Assembly (NCBI GenBank): GCA_028826165.1
Contig: JAPDFW010000136.1
Location: 372,001-436,000 of the forward strand
DNA: 64,000 nucleotides
Origin: Anaeramoeba ignava BMAN
Lineage: Eukaryota; Protista; Anaeramoebae
Direction: 5' to 3'
Positions 1-13,000 of this stretch are shown one piece after another. Position numbers and translations under genes: made by a program. Numbering within the stretch: position 1 is the stretch's first letter; each line of letters begins with the position of its first letter. Under the pieces are notes generated by a model. That model saw only the letters and a program-made list of their open reading frames with translations. It did no database searches and had not been told where the DNA came from.

Positions 1-2272
1 TGAGTTAAAGTACCTGTTTTATCACTGAAAATATATTCAATCTTTCAAATTAAATTTTAATTTTAATTTTAATTTTATAAATGAATTTTAATTTTATAAA
101 TGAATTTTAATTTTAAAATGGTGTATTTACAACACCAAGATCTTCTGCTAAATTTGATGTTCTTGCTTTTGCATATGTTTCTGTTTCATCATGATACATA
201 TCTTTATCATGATTAATAAAAATAGTTTGAATTAACTTAACCATTTCCATTGTAACATAAAGAGATATAGGAATCATCACATTGCAAACAATAATAAAAG
301 AGAAAAAGCTTTGTATTCCAATAATTCCAGGACTCATGGATGTATCTACATCTCCGCCCATATACCATGCCTTTTTTTCTCCCCATTTTCTTTGCCATTC
401 AGCTGCGAAAATTGATCCAATTATTGAAATAATTCCCAAGAAAATAAAAATGGAAATTAAACGAGAATTTAATTTAATTTCAAGAGAACTTCTTTTTGAA
501 GGTGGTTGACTAAATATTTAATATCCCAAATATTTGAATTATTTTCAAATGATGTTTTTTTATTTCATTCACTTAATTTTCAACAGAAAAAACTTGAATT
601 GTTTTTTTTTAATTTTTTACGTTGAATTTTTCATTAATTTTGTTTCTCTTCCTGTATAAACAATAACTCCCAGAATCCACTTAGTGTTTCTTAAAGAACA
701 TCCTCTTAATATAATTTGTTTGTGAGCTAATGAATGTTGTGAATTATTCATAGTAAGTGTTCCCTCAAATCGATATAATCTGTTATTTGGTAATTCACAT
801 TCAATAGAATTTCCAAGAAAATTTGAACAATCTTCATGTGTTTTAATATGAGCTGTTTCCTTTAATGATTGATGAATTTTTAAATTTGTTTCACTTGAAG
901 AATTTTGATTTTAATTTGAATTTGATTTTGAATTTGATTTTAATATTGATTTTGATTTTGATTTTAAATTTAAATTTTGATTTTGATTTTAAATTTGATT
1001 TTGATTTTAATTTTAATTTTGATTTTGATTTTGATTTTAATTTTGATTTTAAATTTGAAAATAAATAATGGAAAAATACCCATCAAGATTACAAGTATCA
1101 ATATAACACATTCCCATTGGTTCTGAAGAAGATATAACAACAACATCTGCAGGAATAAATTCACCATTTGTAATTTTGACAATATCACCAACTTGAATAT
1201 CTCTCCATTTAACTTGAAGAAATTGACCATTTCTAAAAATTGATGCTGGTGAATTGTTGATTTTCTTATCTGTTTTATGTCTTTGAATATCTTCATAGGC
1301 TTCTCTTATTGCTGTAATTGCTAATACAAAAACAAGTGGTGCGACAGAAATTGATGCATTTAAAGGTGAAAAAGGAAAATACTTTTGATTTTTAAAAAGA
1401 TTTTTTAAATAAAATTTAATTTAATTTTGATTTGATTTGATTTGATTTGATTTGATTTGATTTGATTTTGGATTTGATTTGATTTAATTTGATTTGATTT
1501 GATTTGATTTGATTTTGATTTTAATTTGATTTTGATTTTGATTTGATTTGATTTTGATTTTGATTTGATTTGATTTAATTTAATTTGATTTAATTTAATT
1601 TGATTTAATTTAATTTGATTTAATTTAATTTGATTTAATTTGATTGCAATTTTTATAATGATTTGGATTTGATTTGATTTAATTTGATTTGGATTTGATT
1701 TGGATTTGATTTGATTTAATTTAATTTTAATTTGTTTTGATTGCAATTTTTATAATGATTTGGTTTTGATGTTTTCAGTTTTTAAAATGATTTTAATTTT
1801 AATTTGTAAATTAATTTTTAAATTATCAAAACACAAATACCTCCAAAATAATAACAACTAAAAAATAAAAGTTTGCCAATCTGCGAAACTAAAAAATTTT
1901 ATAAATAAAACATAAATAAATTAAAAATCCATTTTTGTATTTAAAAAAAATTTTTTTTTTCATTTTTGTAATTTAAAATTAATTTAAAAATTAAATGGAA
2001 ATTAAAAATTAAATGGAAATTACTTGTTCAAATAAATTTTTTGGTAAAAAAGTAAAAATATTATATCGACTAGTTTTTATTTTGTTATCAATAAAAGGAA
2101 ATGTTTTAGGATCTCTTAATTGATCAGTAATTTCAAAATTTCTTGTTTGCAAATCCTTTTTGGAAAAAAAAAATATTATTATTTAAATATTAAATAATAT
2201 TTTGAATTAAAAATGGTTTTTGTTTTTGCTTTTTTAGATTTAATTTAATTTATTTTTTGTTACTTTTTCCAT
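1..2272 (-). CDS. P4-type ATPase (phospholipid flippase), 5' part, multi-exon, runs off the window start
   Basis: Manually spliced minus-strand exons give [40 protein letters not shown]...IPAD, CYIDTCNLDG-ETNLK, LRGCSLRNT, IPISLYVT, RTSNLAEDLG, and the phosphorylation motif IFSDKTGTLT at about 3-41. ATG at 2272 is followed by a 3-codon exon and a GTAA donor. Confidence 0.95.
1410..1745. repeat. Intronic (TTTGA/TTTAA)n pentamer-rich satellite in the flippase gene
   Basis: Visible tandem gattt/aattt units inside the intron at about 1385-1840. Confidence 0.85.
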
Positions 2273-2404
2273 TTTTTTAAAAAAATAAAAAATCAATCAA
2301 ATTAAAACAAAAAAGAAAAAAAAAAGGAAATTTTGGAATAAAAAATGAAATTTAAAAAATTAAATTTAAAATAATTTTTTTTTCATTTTTTTACTTTTAT
2401 TTCA

Positions 2405-4615
2405 ATGAATTCTAATTCTCAAAATAATTCTTCGTCATTGTTTACAATAGAAAATTTAATTAATATAATTAATAAAGTAAAACAAAATCAAAAAAATCAA
2501 AATCAATCCAAAAAATTGAAATGATTTATTTTATTTATAAAATTAAAAGAAACAAGATTTAAAAATAATTACAAATTTATCACTTGCCAATCAATCCATT
2601 AAACAAATTAATTGTTTATCTGAACTTCCTAGATTAAAATCACTTGATTTACGGTTAATTTTTGAAATAAAAATTTTTTTTAAATTTAAATTTTTTTTTA
2701 AATTTGAAATTTTTTTAAATAGAAATAATAAGTTTAAAACATTTTCAGATTTAGAAGGAATATTTGTTATGAAAAGATTAGAATCATTAGATTTACGAGG
2801 TTCTCCTGTTTGTCAAACAAGTGGTTATAGATATTATGTTATTGCTTGTTTGAGAAAATTAATATCACTTGATGGAAAGTAATTCACATTCCAAATTTTA
2901 ATTTTAAATTAAATTTTAATTTAAATTTTAATTTTAATTTTAATTTTAAATTGAATTTTAATTTTAATTTTAATTTTAAATTGAATTTTAATTTTAAAAG
3001 GAAAATTCAAGAAAGAGAAAGAGAAAAAGCTTACAAAATATTTCCTAATAAAAAACCTTCTCTTTGGTCTCCTTCTCCTCAAGAACAAAGAGAAAAAAAG
3101 ATAATCAATAGTTTAGAATCAACAACCAATGAAACAATTTATGAAATTACAAAAAATTTAATTTTTTTCCAAAATTCAATCCAAAATTTTGAAAATGAAG
3201 ATTTTATTGAATTAATTTTCACTGATTTAGAAACTCAACCAATTTTGGTTCACTTTTCTCCATTTTCTCATTCTTTTTTGGAAATGAAAAAATCTTCAAC
3301 ATCAGAACCAATATTTAGTTTAAAAGCTCCAATTCAACAAATGTGTGAATATTTAACAGGAAAAATTGATATTCACACAATTACTTTAAATGAAAATTTT
3401 GAAATTAAAGAAAGAGAACCAAATAATTTTAACAAATTTAATTACTTTATTGATTTATCTTTGAGCTCTTATCAAACTTTTCTTTCACAAGTTACAAAAT
3501 TAGAAATTGAAAAAATGGCATCAAAAATTTTTCCAAAAAAAATTCAAAAAGAATCAAAATTATCACTTGAAAAACCTATTCAAGAATCAAATCAAGAATC
3601 AAATCAAAAATTAAATAATCAAAAATCAAATCAAAAATCAAATCAAAAATCAAATAATCAAGAATCAAATAAAGAATCAAATGGAATTTTGGAATCAACA
3701 GGCTATTCTTTTGGAGAATCAAATAAAATTCAAGATCAAAATATTCCAAAAATTAATATGGAAACAAATGAAAAGAAACAAATATTCAAAAAATCAAAAT
3801 ATCAATACAAACAAGAGGAAAATAAAGAAAAAATTGAATTTGAAAGTGATTCCAATTTAAATTCCAAAAAAAATATGCAAAACATTTTTGGAAATTTTTC
3901 AATTCAAGCTGATGAAAATGAATATTTTGAACAAAAGCATAATTTTTCTAACAAAAATGAAGATATTTTCAATTCTGAACCTTTTTCATTTGAACAGCAA
4001 GTAAAAAAAATTAATAAAGATGATTTATTTGAAAAAGATAATAAAGATAATTTATTTGATAAAGATAATAAAGATAATAAAGATAATAAAGATAATAAAG
4101 ATAATAAAGATAATAAAGATAATTTATTTCAAAAAGATAATAAAGATGATAAAGATAATTTATTTGAAAAAGATAATGATAAAAATGATTTATTCGATTC
4201 ACCAAAAAATTCAAATCCTATTTCTAAAAATATCATTTTTGATTCAATTTTTCAAACAAAAACTGAAAATGATAATATTTTCGAACCAGAAAAACAAGAT
4301 GGAACAGATATTTTTTCAAGTAAAAAACCAGAAACTATGGAATTATTTGCTGATCAAAATGATTTAGAAGATTTTTCAAAAGATTCAAAATCAAAAAATA
4401 TTGAAAATTATTTATTTTCAACAAAATTATCTTTGAATAAAGAAGATCAAGAAAAATCAAAAAATTCTTCTTTATTTGAAGGAGATGATGAAGACGAAGA
4501 TGAAGATGATTTATTTAGTAATAAAGTTGGAATGAAAACAAAACAAATTCAAAAAAATTCAATTAATTTTCAAAAAGAAAAACAAGAAAAACTTTTTAGT
4601 TCAGATTCTGATTAA
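2405..4615 (+). CDS. Leucine-rich repeat protein (U2A'/SDS22-type LRRs with LRR-cap) with a long acidic low-complexity tail, multi-exon
   Basis: Spliced exons give ITNLSLANQSIKQINCLSELPRLKSLDLRNNKF...LESLDLRGSPVCQTSGYRYYVIACLRKLISLDGK (LxxLxLxxN repeats plus YRxYVIxxLxxLxxLD cap). These join ORF 2951..4615. Confidence 0.8.
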
Positions 4616-4763
4616 AAAAGAGAAAAAGAAAACTAAATTAAAATTTAAATTACTTTTTTTATTATTTTTTTATTTTTTTTAATTGATCATTTTTTTTTTA
4701 AAAATTAAAAATTCATTTTTTTATTTTTTTTCATTTTTATTTTTATTTTTATTTTTTTTAATA

Positions 4764-6187
4764 ATGAATGAGTTTGGAATTTTCCCTCAATCTTTAACAG
4801 ATAGTGATATTACAAGAATGGAAGCAATGTCTCAAGAGTATCTTAATGTTATGGATTCAAATCGAAGTCAAGGTTTGCTATATTCAATTTAAAAAAAAAA
4901 CAAACAAAAAACAAAAAACAATTAAAAATTAAAAATTAACTTTTTAAAATTAACAAAAAAAAATAATTGAAATGATTTGGTTTGGTTTTTGTTTTCTTTT
5001 TAGATTTCTCAATTATGTAAAAAATTAAAAATAAAAAATTAAAATTAAATTATAAAATTAAAATTAAATTAAATTCAAAATTTAAATTAAATTATAAAAT
5101 CAAAATTAAAATTAAAATTAAATTTAAAAATTAAAATTAAATTAAATTCAAAATTTAAATTAAATTCAAAATTTAGGGGAAGTTTTCCTTCAAATGAAAT
5201 GAGTTTAAATTCATTTGATATGCATCAAACAGAACAAATAGGTAATCAAAATAGAGATGATACAGAAAATAGTTTAGAAATGGCAGAAGATCAACAAAAT
5301 TCAGACACTTATCAAAGATATCAACAAAGAGATTTCAGAAATCCTTTTAATCATCATCAATTATTTTCTCAACAAAATCATTTAAATTTTCAACAACAAA
5401 ACAATCAAAATTTTCAACAACAAAACAACCAAAATTTTCAACAACAAAACAATCAAAATTTTCAACAACAAAACAATCAAAATTTTCAACAACAAAACAA
5501 TCAAAATTTTCAACAACAAAACAATCAAAATTTTCAACAAAAAAATCAACGTTTGAATCAAAATTTTCAACAATCTAATCATAATTCAAATTTTTTAAAT
5601 CAAAATAGTCAAGTAAAAAGTATTCAACTTTCTTCAAATTCATCACTTGGAACACCACAAAGTGAAGATAGGTATTTATTAATAATTAATAATGAATTTT
5701 AATTTTATAAATGATTTGAATTTTAATTTTATAAATGATTTGAATTTTAATTTTAAATAATATTTATTTTTTATTTAGTTTCTTTTCTCCAACTCAATTC
5801 GGACAATTTAATCAACTAAATGGAAATGAAGATTCTAAACTTCTTCAAATTAAACAACAATATGTAAATCAAAGAAATAGAAGAGAAAAATTAAAAAAAA
5901 TTTTATCTGAAAATGTAAACTTAAAAAAAGAAGTTGAAAATTTAAAATCAACAATTACAAAATTACAAACACAAATCACACTTGATCAACAAACAATTGA
6001 GAAGAAAAATCAAGAAATTCGAAAATATGAACAAATTGTTAAAAAACTTTCTTCTAGAAATCAAAATTCTAATCAAAATTTAAATCAAAATTTAAATCAA
6101 AATTCTAAAAAACAGCATCAAGTTCTTAATTCTAATAATATTAATTTTTTTGTTGATGCACTTCAACAAATAAACAAAAAGAAATGA
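4764..6187 (+). CDS. Q/N-rich protein with basic region and coiled coil, possible bZIP-like transcription factor, multi-exon
   Basis: ATG at 4764. (NFQQQNNQ)n tract at 5385-5545. Last exon reads YVNQRNRREKLKKILSENVNLKKEVENLKSTITKLQ (basic stretch followed by heptad leucines). TGA at 6185-6187. Confidence 0.55.
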
Positions 6188-6289
6188 TTTTATTGAATAA
6201 TTTTTTTAATTATGAATTTTTAATTATGAATTTCAAAAATAATAAAAAGTATTTTCCTTATTTATTTATTTAATTATTTAATTATTTAA

Positions 6290-6769
6290 TTATTTAAATT
6301 CATCAACTTTTCCACCATTTAATAACTTTCCATTTGAATCAAAAAAAAATCGATAAAAAACATCATTTCCTTGAATTAATAAAGGTAACCAAATAGAATC
6401 ATCTTCCCACATTTGAGAATAAGGAATATCTCTAACTTGAAACCAAATTGGATTACATTCTTCAGTTTCTTGAATTGAACCTTTAATTTCTTGATTATCA
6501 AAATCAGAAACAAAAATAGCACATTTATTGTCCCATTCTTCTTTATTTTCATAAATAAATTCAATTGTCCCAACTCTTTTCATTTTGGATAGTTTTAAAC
6601 CTGATTCTTCTTCAAATTCTCGTTTTGCTGTTTCTTCTATTGTTTCATTTCCTTCTTTTTTTCCTCCAAATCCATTATATTTATTTTTTCCAAAACCTCT
6701 TTTTTTTAATCCTAATAAAATTTCTTTTCTTTCATTTCGAAATAAATAACAAAGTGTCGTTAATTTCAT
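6290..6769 (-). CDS. NUDT1: Oxidized purine nucleoside triphosphate hydrolase (MTH1/NUDT1-like Nudix), single exon
   Basis: LLGLKKRGFG..YNGFGGK, Nudix box GGKKEGNETIEETAKREFEEESGL, and MTH1-typical PIWF..IPYSQMWEDD.IWLP. Confidence 0.9.
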   Translation of the reverse strand: MKLTTLCYLFRNERKEILLGLKKRGFGKNKYNGFGGKKEGNETIEETAKREFEEESGLKLSKMKRVGTIEFIYENKEEWDNKCAIFVSDFDNQEIKGSIQETEECNPIWFQVRDIPYSQMWEDDSIWLPLLIQGNDVFYRFFFDSNGKLLNGGKVDEFK

Positions 6770-7026
6770 TTATTAAAATTTAATTTAAAAATTTTAATTG
6801 AAAAGAAAAAAAAAATGGAAAAAGAAATTTTACGTTAAAAAAAATTAATTTAATTTTGAAATTAAGAAAATTTGATTTTTCTTCTTTTTTTTTCTTTTTT
6901 TTTTTCTTTTTTCAAAATTATTTTTCAAAAAGATATAAAAATTTTTTATTTTTCATTTTTTTCTTTTTTTGCTTTTTATTTTTTTTGCTTTTTATTTGTT
7001 TTTTTTTTTATTTTTTTATTTTTAAA

Positions 7027-10000
7027 ATGTCTTTATTAAAAAATTTATTTAAATTAAATTTAAAAAGAATTAAGGATCAAAAATTATTTTCTTTTTATTT
7101 TTCAACTTCTTCAAATCAAAAAAAATTACAAGAATTATGGAAAGAAAGAGAAAACCAACAAGTTTGTTATTTAAATTTAAAATTAATTTATTAAAATTAT
7201 TAAAATTTTTTAAAAATTTTTTTAAACAAAAAAAAAATAAGTCAAATAAAATTCAATCTTTTATTTCCTTTTCTAAATTATTTTTAAATTCTTATTCTAA
7301 ATGGGATCCTAATTTAAAATCTTTTCAAAAAAATGAAGAAAATTTTCAAAAAAATTCAAAAAAATTAAATAATAAAGAAGAATTTATTAAAATTATTCAA
7401 AAAGATTTAATTCATCCAGTTGATCTTATTAGTGAAGTTATTCATTATATTAATATATTTTGTTATGAAATTTTAGGTTTGAATAAGAAAAAAAATTTAA
7501 TTGAAAACAAAATATTTTTATTTTTATTATTTTTTTTTATTTTTCAGTTAAATTTAAATTTAAATTAGATGATCAAGAAAAAAACAAATTTCTTGAACCT
7601 CCTTTAAAATCAAAAAATAGAATTGAAAAAATTCAAAAAGAATCTCTTTCTTTTAATGAATATTCTTTGAATTCTCAATTTCAAATTGGAATTTCTTTAG
7701 AAATGGCAAAAATATTATCAAAATCTTTTTACAATCAAGATTTATTCCTTCATTTAAATTTATTTGATTCAATTTGTTATTTATTTGAAATTTCTAATAA
7801 TTTAATTTCAAAATTTTTAGAAGAAAAAGTAAATTATTTAATTCTTTTTAAAAAAATTTTGTTTTTAATTTGAAAATAATTTGAAAATAGATTGAAAATG
7901 AATCTACTGAATATTGTGAAATTTATTATCTTGTTGATTTTATAATGAATTCTATTCTGGAAATTTATTCAAATTTTCTTGAATCTCAAAATGAATTTCA
8001 AAATCCATTTTTTAAAATAAATAAACTTTTTAATGAATATCAATTAACAGAAAATTTAGAAAGTAAATAATCAATAATTATCAATAATCAAAAATCAAAT
8101 TTACTTATTATTTTTATTTAATAGTTTTATTGAAAAATATCAAAGAAATTGAATCAAAATTTAATGTTACAATTCAATTTTATGATTTACATTTATGTGT
8201 TCTTGATTTTTTTAGAATGATAAATCAAAAATATTCAATTCCCAAAAATCAAATCCAATCTTTTATTTCATTAGCTTTTTCAAGTTTAAAACCACCACCA
8301 AATTCTTTACCTCATTTCGAACATTTATTTTTATTTAATAAAACTAAAATAACAAAATTTTCCAAAATGTTTAATTATTTTGAAAATGAAAATCAAAATC
8401 AAAATCAAAATCAAAATCAAAATCAAAATGAAAATCAAAATGAAAATGAAAATGAAAATCAAAATCAAAATCGAAATCAAAATGAAAATCGAAATCAAAA
8501 TCAAAATCAAAATGAAAATGAAAATCAAAATCAAAATCAAAATCAAAATCAAAATATAAATTTAATAAATGAAAATTTAATAAAAAAAGATGATGGTTCA
8601 TTTATTGATAAAGAATTTGAACAAAAAACAAAATTTCAATTTCATATTCGTTCAATTTTAATTCAATTAATTGAAAACTCTTTAGAAAAATATCCATTTC
8701 TTTTAAAAACAATTTATGAATTTGGAGATTTCCAAGTAATAACTGATATTTTGCTTTGGGCTTCAATTACTTTTCCTTCAAGAACTTTTGAAAGTTTAAA
8801 AAAATTTAAATTTTTTAATTCAAGAAATCCTCAAAATCCAAAAAAAAGTAAGATATCAAAAAAATATTAAAAATAATAATAAAAATATTTAGTTTATTAT
8901 TTTTTTTATTCTTTAGTAATTTCAACTTTACCTGAACCTATTCCCTTTTGAAGAAAATAAAATATCCTCAAATATTGAAATTTTTGATACAATTAATTAT
9001 AAACTTAAAATATTTCAGAAACAATTCAAAATCAACTCTTATGCAAATATAGTTTGTAATCCAAAAATTGAACAGATATTTCATTTATTAAATCACATTT
9101 ATGAAATTGCAATTCAAAATAAGAGTCAAGATAAAAATCAAACTATTTCAAATTCTCAATTAGTATCATCAAGAAAAAACAAAAAAACAGAAAAGAATAT
9201 AAAGGATTCAAATCAAATTGATTATGGATTAGCAATATGTCACCGAATAATTGATTCATTACTAAATATATTTAATGATAAATATAATACAACAGAAACA
9301 AATCAAAAATCAAGAGATTATATTTTAAATTTTAATTGTGAATTACAATTTTTTGTTCTTAATTTTTTCTCTGATTTGATTTTACGTAAATTACTTTATG
9401 TTCATAACCTAAAATTATGGAATACATTGTTTTCTAAATATTTCTATTACAGAGTTAACGAGGTAATAATTTAAATATAAAAATTTGAAATTTTAAATTT
9501 TAATTCTAATTTTAATTCTAATTTTAATAGAATTTAAAAGATAATCAATTACATCCAGTTATTTTCCAAGATCTCCAAAATTTTCTTTTCCAAATTTTTT
9601 ATTCATCTTTCCAAGAAGGAAATTTATCAAAAGAACAAATCCAAGTTCTTCTTCAATTTTGCCATCAAAATCATTCTAATATAAAAATATTACTTCATCT
9701 TTTACGTTTATTAATGAGAGTTTTATTGTTAAGATCGAATGAAGTAACAAATTTAATACAGGCTTCTGGTCTTGAAAACGTTATAGCTCAACTCATTCAA
9801 GATTTACACCAAATACATATGGAAAATATTGGAAATAAACAAGAGTCATTTCCTTATCATTTCCCAACTTTTATTAAATTAAGATATTTGCTTTTGGAAT
9901 TGTTGAATATTTTAATAGAAAACATTTGCAAAGAACAAATTTTCAAAAATCCAAAATCAGCAATAATAACGTTTTGTAAAATCTTAAAGCCTTTATCAAA

Positions 10001-13000
10001 TCTAGTGATTGAAGCTGAAACAAGACAATTTGCACTGAAACATATTCAGAATATCCTTTTTACAATCGATGAGAATTTACAATCAGATGCCATATTAATT
10101 TTTGAAGAAGTTATTAGTTTGATTAATCAACTTAAAGATAAAAAAATCTCAATTTTAAATCAAAATGAAAATGAAAATGAAAATGAAAATGAAAATGAAA
10201 ATAAAAATGAAAATAATAAAAATCAAATAAAAAATGCTCAAATCATCCAACAAGTTTTGCAAAAAATTTCAAATATTATCAAAGAAAAACCAAAACCTCT
10301 TCAATATATTTTCATTAAAGCTGGAATATTTGATTTGTTAATATCTCTTATTCAACATCAAAATATCGGAAATCTTTTAGTTATTGATGTTCTTGATCTG
10401 CTTAAAAGTCTATTTCATAAAAATAGAAAAACTCCACAAATGTTTAAAGAAAAAATTGGTTCTCAAAAATTTGCAGAATCTATATTGATTGCAGAAAATG
10501 AAAAACCAAGAGAAGAAATATATAAAATATTGTTGGATATGATGGTTGGAGAAGGAGAATTTGAAATGGAAAGCAATTTTATTATTCAAAATCCAGAAAT
10601 TGTAACAATAATATTCCATGTTTTTGCAATAAAAGGAAAAGATCTAGTTCCTAGAGTTATGGATACATTTTGCGAACTTTGCGAAAAATCAGTTCATAAT
10701 AGAGCATGTTGTTCAAATGTGGGATTGATTTCATTTTTAGTTCAATTAATCCCAATATTTAGTGATAATCAAAATACTCAAATCAAAATTACAACATTGA
10801 TTGGTATTATTGGTTCTCAAAGAGTTATTGTTAAGGAATTAAAACTCTTTTTTTCTCTTCTTAAAAGTTTACCTGGAAATTTCAGACCTCCTTATTCAGC
10901 ATTAATTTTATCTGCAATGAAACAAATGTCTCAAAAACAAGAAGAAGGTCCAAAAGTTTTTTTCAATTTCAAATCCAAAAATGCAAGTTTATCAATCCCA
11001 AAAATACCCAAATGGCCTCAAAAAGGTTATTCTTTTTGTACATGGATTCGATTTGAAACTTTCCAAGATTCATTTAATCAAAAATCTCAATTATATCAGC
11101 ATCGTTTGTTTTATTTTTATAATGATAAATCTCAAGGAATTGAATCACTTTTTCGCACTTCAGAAAATGAAATTAACACAAATAAACAACAACAATCAAC
11201 AACAATAACAACAACAACAACAAGAATTCCACAAAATACTTATAATGATTCACTAATTTTCCCACTTGATTCAAATTTGGAAAATAATAATAATAGTGAT
11301 AATTATAATTATAATATTTCTGGAATAAATGATTCTATTACAAAAACAAAATCAATTTCGACAAAACACACAATTTCTTTTGTACTTCGAATATCACCGA
11401 ACGTAAATCAAACAGAATTCATTCAAATACCGTTTGAAATTGATTTGCGAAAATGGTATTTTGTTTCCATTATTCACACACCATCCAGATGGTCTTCAAC
11501 AGCAGAAGTTAAACTTTTTCTGAATGGGAAATTCATAAACTCTAGTTTTCTAAAATATCCCAAATTGCAAAATCTTTCAAATAACATTATCGGAAATAAA
11601 CTTGATGGAGGAGAATCTTTTCTTGGACAAATAGGAACTATTTATTTCTTCAACGATGGATTATCACAAACACAAATTGAGGAAATTTATCAACTTGGAC
11701 CAAAGTATATGTATTCGTTTCATCCATCTGAATTGAATGAAAGTTTTGGTAAATTGTGGAAGAAATTTAGTATTTTTGATGGAGAATTAAATAGCAAAAT
11801 TTTCTTGAATTATAATATCAAAGCAAGCAACGATATTCATTGTTTTGATCAATCTCCACAAGTAAGAAAAGACCAACAAGATAAAGCAAAGTTATCAGGA
11901 ATGTTTAAGTGTATTACAGCAAGTATTTACGATATAGTTTATTGTATTGGAGGTGTTAAGGTGCTTTTCCCTTTGATTATTCAGTTAGATCAACCTATTG
12001 GAACACCAGAAAATATCAATTTTGGAAAATTAAAGGAAATGCAAAATATTGATTATTCAATTGATCCTGAACTATCAAAACAAATTTTCGATATCATTGT
12101 GGATATTTTGGTTCATAGCTCCTCAAACCAAGAAGATATGGTCCGTTCAGATGGATTTGCTATTATAAGCTTTCTGTTTAAAAATATAAACTCAAAACAT
12201 ATTACACATTCAATAATTGAATCAACAAAGAGATTGATTTTAACAGTTCAAAACTCAGCATTCCTTAAAGATTTGATTGAAAATTTCATATTGAATTATG
12301 ATCATTGGATTTACAGTGATTTTGAAATTCAAAAAGAATTGATCGACATCATCAAAATGATAAATTCTTCTCAAAAAAATTTCAACAACAACAACAACAA
12401 CAACAAAAATAATGATGAACAGAATATTGATTACAAAGTAAAAATTCAGGATTTAATTGATATTATTCAGTTCTATTTTTGGAAAAAACCACAAAAATTT
12501 TCAAGAGCTAAAATTCAAGAAAAATATCATCCAATAACAAGGGAAATAATCTCAAAAAGACCAAACGAAACCCAAATTGAAAATCTTCGGAAAGAATACT
12601 TGCATTTAATCGAAGTAACAATGAATACAAATTATGAAATAGGGAATCTATTTATATTACTTAGAAATTGTTTTGTGATTAAAGATAATGATATAATCTT
12701 AAACTTTCTGGAACAAATCCAGAGAATTCTTCTTCATAACTTTGAAGATTATGCAAGATTCTTCGAAGAAAATCATTTTATGGATCCATTTATCGCACTA
12801 ATTAATTTTAGTAATCAAGAAATTGGGGAATTTTGTTTGAAAATATTGTGTCAATTACATCGTCAATGCTTGATATATCAAAGAGAACAAAAAATAACAA
12901 ATCAGTCACCTAGAAATGAATCTCCATCAACACCTTCTCAACATAGTTTAGGAAAATCATTTGGAAGTCCAAAAATGAAAAAATTATATAAAGGGTGATG

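Noticed and set aside
6290-6769. Intronless Nudix gene as a bacterial acquisition
   Set aside because: The motifs fit the widespread MTH1 family and the composition matches the host; origin cannot be judged without a phylogeny.
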